From Candidatus Sungiibacteriota bacterium (GTDB taxonomy: Bacteria > Patescibacteriota > Minisyncoccia > Sungbacterales > SURF-37), in contig JACQMJ010000004.1 in the NCBI GenBank assembly GCA_016203665.1, positions 68,214 through 132,213 of the forward strand: a stretch of 64,000 nucleotides of DNA, in the 5' to 3' direction. Below, in pieces: positions 60,628-64,000 of the stretch (positions within the stretch are counted from its first letter, which is position 1; each line of letters starts with the position of its first letter). A model generated the notes under the pieces. The model did not search any database. It was given only the letters and a program-made list of their open reading frames with translations, and was not told the DNA's origin. A program made the translations under genes and the position numbers.

Positions 60628-61392
60628 ATGAGCGTACTTTCGTTCGTATACCGGGAGCTTATCACCCGGCCGCTTTTAAACGGCCTCGTCGCTATTTACC
60701 TCATTCTTCCATACCATGATCTTGGTTTGGCTATTATTGTTCTTACCCTTATAGTCCGCATCCTCCTCCACTCCTCCATTCGTCAGACCATCCATTCCCA
60801 GCGCGCCATGGCGGCGATCCAGCCGAAGCTCCGTCAGGTCCAGGAACGCTTTAAAAATGATAAGGAAGCGCTCGGCCGTGAGACCATGGCGCTTTACCGC
60901 GCCCAAGGCATCCATCCGCTTTCGGGTTTCACGCCGCTCTTGATCCAGTTACCCGTGCTCATCGGCCTCTATCGGCTTTTTTGGAAAGGCCTGGCCGTGA
61001 CTAATCGCTCTCTCCTCTATCCATTCTTTTCACAATTTGCAGCATTCAATCCGGTTGCGTTCGGCTTGTTCGATCTTACCCAGCCGTCCATTGCGCTCGC
61101 GCTCGCCGCGGGCGCATCACAATTCCTGCAGTCCTACACCATGCCGAAGGTTCCGGTTTCTTCATCCCGGCCCGGCGATTTCGCGACGGCCATGCAGTGG
61201 CAGGCGCGCTATGTCTTTCCCATTATCATCGCCGCCATCTCCTGGTCGCTGCCTTCAGCCCTGGCCTTTTACTGGACAGTCTTCAACATCTTTGCTATGC
61301 TCCAGCAGCAAATTATAGAGCGTAGCATGTCCTATGGGCGCGACGAGCGAACGCATCACCCAAATTCTCGCCAAGATGGGCATCCGGGCTGA
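60628..61392 (+). CDS. yidC: membrane protein insertase YidC (short Oxa1-type)
   Basis: ATG at 60628 (MSVLSFVYRELITRPLLNGLVAIY...). Conserved sequence MAAIQPKLRQVQERFKNDKEALGRETMALYRAQGIHPLSGFTPLLIQLPVLIGLY. Confidence 0.9.
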   Translation: MSVLSFVYRELITRPLLNGLVAIYLILPYHDLGLAIIVLTLIVRILLHSSIRQTIHSQRAMAAIQPKLRQVQERFKNDKEALGRETMALYRAQGIHPLSGFTPLLIQLPVLIGLYRLFWKGLAVTNRSLLYPFFSQFAAFNPVAFGLFDLTQPSIALALAAGASQFLQSYTMPKVPVSSSRPGDFATAMQWQARYVFPIIIAAISWSLPSALAFYWTVFNIFAMLQQQIIERSMSYGRDERTHHPNSRQDGHPG

Positions 61393-61780
61393 CGTTGAGG
61401 AGCGATCCATTGCCGAAATTTCCATCCCCTATATCAATATTGCAACCGACGAGGCGCGCTTTCTTATCGGCGCGCAGGCCCGGAACCTCTGGGCGTTAGA
61501 ATATCTTTCCAAGCGCATCATTGAGCGCGAGTACCCCGATGTCAGAGGGTTTTTTCTTGATGTTAACGGCTACCGTCTCCATTACCTGGAGGAGTTGAAA
61601 GCCGAGGCCAAAACCGTGGCCAAGCGGGTGCGGCTCTACCGCACCGAGCTCATGTTAAAGCCCATGCCGCCCTTTGAGCGCAGGATCGTGCACATGGCGC
61701 TGGCCGAATATCCGGATATCACCACCCAGTCCGTCGGCGAGGGCGAGGCCCGGCGCGTGGTTGTGAAGCCGTACCCATAA
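61334..61780 (+). CDS. jag: Jag/KhpB-like RNA-binding protein (KH and R3H domains)
   Basis: The R3H motif is LKPMPPFERRIVHMALAEYPDITTQSVGEGEARRVVVKP. The start is uncertain because it overlaps the yidC 3' end. Confidence 0.85.
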   Translation: MGATSERITQILAKMGIRADVEERSIAEISIPYINIATDEARFLIGAQARNLWALEYLSKRIIEREYPDVRGFFLDVNGYRLHYLEELKAEAKTVAKRVRLYRTELMLKPMPPFERRIVHMALAEYPDITTQSVGEGEARRVVVKPYP

Positions 61781-61791
61781 AGGCATACACG

Positions 61792-61824
61792 AAAATCCGG
61801 ACGCCAAGCGCGTCCGGATTTTTT
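61792..61824 (+). terminator. intrinsic terminator after jag
   Basis: tccggacgc-caagc-gcgtccgga followed by tttttt. Confidence 0.85.
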
Positions 61825-61834
61825 AGTTTTAATT

Positions 61835-61863
61835 TTGACATTTTATCTATTTTTTTGTATACT
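61835..61863 (+). promoter_or_regulatory. near-consensus promoter TTGACA-17 nt-TATACT
   Basis: TTGACA at 61835-61840, a T-rich 17-nt spacer, and TATACT at 61858-61863. Confidence 0.7.
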
Positions 61864-61922
61864 ATTTACTGGCTTGTTGTACGTTAATAACAAAGGAATC
61901 AACAACCAAAAGGAGGGCCTGA

Positions 61923-62641
61923 TGGCCAAATCCAGCATAGGCTTCATTGGAGGAGGGCTGGGTCAGGTGCGGCTCACTCTTGAACTCACCCCCCAGCCAA
62001 GCTTAACCGGTGGCGACATCCTCGCCGTCGCGATACTCACCTCCGAGCGGCGCGATGTGCCGATCTCGGGTCAGGCAGTTACGTTTTACCTTGGTCCGGA
62101 CGAAATAGTTACCCCGAACACCGAGGATGACGGCCGTGCGGCATACACCTTCACCGGCCTCGGCTTCGGGACTCATGCGGTTTCCATCCAGGTGGCCGGC
62201 GTGCACGTGACCGATCGCCACACCTTCAGCGCTTCTGCAGAGAGGGTGAAGCGCATCGCCCCTCCGCTCGTTCGGGCGGAAGGCGATGAGGGAAAGTACG
62301 TCATCTCGGTTGCGGTGATGCTGGCCGAGGGCGGACCGGGCCGCGACATTCCAGTCCGGCTCATCATCTCGCCGCTCGGAGCCGCACCACGGATCGTGGA
62401 CAAGGTCACTGATGCCAACGGTTTCCTCCGGGAGGACCTTGTCTTTGACGAGGATGAGTGCGATGTGACCATTCAGATTCTCGGCCACGAGGTAAGGATC
62501 GAGAACCTCTACGGCAAGTCGCACCTCCCGAAACCCAGGCGCTACCAGCGGCCGGATGATGCTGAACTCGGCAGCGGATCTCTTTGGGGCGTCATCGGTC
62601 GGGCCTGGCGGCGCGGGCGCGAAGATACGAAGGGAGTGTGA
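61923..62641 (+). CDS. hypothetical soluble protein with two Ig-like/beta-sandwich segments
   Basis: The ATG at 61923 follows the SD AAAGGAGGG. Beta-sandwich-type segments include GQAVTFYLGPDE...DGRAAYTFTG and VTDANGFLREDLVF. No signal peptide is visible. The track start at 61835 lies in the promoter. Confidence 0.7.
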
Positions 62642-62644
62642 CGC

Positions 62645-63364
62645 ATGCGTAGGACTCTTGTCCGGCTTCTCGGATCGGTTCGCGCACTTCGCGATCGGAG
62701 CAGGATCCGTGTTTGGATGATTTACGAGGCAGTACTCGCGTTTTACTGGCGCGTCGCCGCACCGATCGCCGCCTTAGCTTACGTACTGCGCGAAAGGGGC
62801 GTGATCCCCGTGAGGGCATTCCTTGACTGGTTTTTCAACCGCTTCCGCGCCAGCAACAACTTCCGTCTGGCAGTCTCATGGGCGCTTACGGTTGTCATAC
62901 TAGTAGTCAACCTCGTCATTTTCGGCTTCGGGCCGGCGTTGGTATTCGGCCAGTCCGAAGAGGCGCAGAGAAACTACAACCTTTTCTTCCGCGGCCAGTT
63001 CGCTACGGATGCCGAGCTTGCCTCATGGGGTGATGGTATCGCGAGCATCTGGACGTGGTTCTGGGGATGGGTACGGTGGTTGGCCTGGAGTGGATGGTTT
63101 GTCCTGCTTCTGTTCAGCCTCGTGTACACCCCCGTAGCGCTTCGGGATGAGTTTGGCCGCGCTTGGCGGACCGTCAACCGGCGGCTGCGCGAACGCCGCG
63201 GCGCGGCTGTGCCAGCAGTCCGGCCGACTGCGGCGCCCACTGGCGCCGCTCCGCCGCCGGGTGCCGGCGGACAGCCGATTACCTTCTGGCAGTACCTTAC
63301 TGCCGAGTTTATCGGCGACTTTCTCCAGGAACTCATAGCCCATCTTACTATCGGAAGGAGATAG
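62645..63364 (+). CDS. hypothetical Trp-rich 3-TM membrane protein with a Pro/Ala-rich tail
   Basis: The SD GAAGGGAG precedes the ATG, which is 3 nt after the upstream stop. TM segments include IWTWFWGWVRWLAWSGWFVLLLFSLV. Confidence 0.7.
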   Translation: MRRTLVRLLGSVRALRDRSRIRVWMIYEAVLAFYWRVAAPIAALAYVLRERGVIPVRAFLDWFFNRFRASNNFRLAVSWALTVVILVVNLVIFGFGPALVFGQSEEAQRNYNLFFRGQFATDAELASWGDGIASIWTWFWGWVRWLAWSGWFVLLLFSLVYTPVALRDEFGRAWRTVNRRLRERRGAAVPAVRPTAAPTGAAPPPGAGGQPITFWQYLTAEFIGDFLQELIAHLTIGRR

Positions 63365-63367
63365 GTG

Positions 63368-64000
63368 ATGCCTACTGGGGCGCAGATCGTGCTCGCCATC
63401 ATCGCGCTCGTCTTCATGCGGTGGGGCGGCCTCATCAGCAGTCTCTGGACCGGCCTGGGACTACTAGGGTTCATCGTTATCCTGGCCCTCCTGCAGTATC
63501 TTCCGGCCTTCAAGCGCTTCGCAGCAGCAGCGTTCGTCCTTTGGGTCGTGTTCTCCTTCGGGCTGCCGGCGCTCGGCGCGGCATTTCGCGCGGACTGGCC
63601 CATTCTCGGCGAGGCGTTGACCGATGCGGCCGTCAGCTCCGAGCTCACGGCGGCCGAACGGAATGATCCGGCGGCGCTGCAGGCACGTCTCGGCGCACGA
63701 AGGTTCTGCCGCGATCTGGACCGCCTGCAGGGAGTATGGTTGAGCCAGCGCTTCAGCGAGCTGCAAAACGAGGTCACATCGGCCGTGCGTGCGTCAAGCG
63801 GGTCGCTAAAACTGCCCGAGCCGTCAGGGGCGCGCAGGAATCAGCTGCTCAAGTGGATTGACACCATTGAAGAGCAGCGACTGCAGTGCCGCGCCGCCAT
63901 CCTCCGCGATAGCGGCGAGGAAAAAGGAGCCACCGTTCTGTATAAGTGGCTTACGGCCGGCCAGCGGCTGCTGCTCATGTTTCTGGCGTTGGGGCTCGTT
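63368..64000 (+). CDS. hypothetical membrane protein (3 N-terminal TM helices, then a helical soluble region), partial; continues beyond the right edge
   Basis: Not in the track because it has no stop in the window. The ATG at 63368 follows the SD GGAAGGAGA. My translation, MPTGAQIVLAIIALVFMRWGGLISSLWTGLGLLGFIVILALLQ...RNQLLKWIDTIEEQRLQCRAAILRD..., stays open to position 64000. Confidence 0.7.
   Translation, partial: MPTGAQIVLAIIALVFMRWGGLISSLWTGLGLLGFIVILALLQYLPAFKRFAAAAFVLWVVFSFGLPALGAAFRADWPILGEALTDAAVSSELTAAERNDPAALQARLGARRFCRDLDRLQGVWLSQRFSELQNEVTSAVRASSGSLKLPEPSGARRNQLLKWIDTIEEQRLQCRAAILRDSGEEKGATVLYKWLTAGQRLLLMFLALGLV

Overview
This is a gene-dense, GC-rich chromosomal window (GC judged by eye, not computed) from a small-genome bacterium. 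The gene content looks Patescibacteria/CPR-like, which is an inference: DUF5671, SIMPL, PolX, EndoQ, an orphan PilB, FemAB plus a Mur ligase, and many 4-nt start/stop overlaps. It holds the replication-origin cluster: dnaN-dnaA on the minus strand, rpmH-rnpA-yidC-jag on the plus strand, and an AT-rich spacer with DnaA boxes at 58.26-58.46 kb. It also holds many translation genes (ileS, glyQS, argS, tyrS, infC-rpmI-rplT, rpsT, rpmH, smpB plus tmRNA, tRNA-Arg-CCG). A large DNA replication and repair set is present too: recO, polX, MGMT, Nudix, EndoQ, uvrB, ruvA/B/C, polA, holA. No CRISPR array, rRNA, transposase or integrase was seen. Five things stand out. (1) ileS carries an in-frame, apparently catalytically intact histidine-phosphatase domain in a loop of the synthetase. 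(2) A ~0.93-kb ORF-free, GC-rich unit has a near-consensus promoter and lies between a YkuK-like/exonuclease-WYL gene pair and an ABC exporter. It could be a large ncRNA or a giant leader. (3) Three stem-closed intergenic elements share GGCAGTGGRA...GAGGCGT, but their long outer stems differ between copies while staying complementary. (4) AT-rich tandem words combined with GC hairpins sit both at operon boundaries and in frame inside ileS and argS. (5) An uncharacterised, strongly signalled operon starts just after the origin cluster and runs off the right edge. Most other long ORFs in the supplied track are antisense shadow ORFs typical of GC-rich DNA and were discarded.
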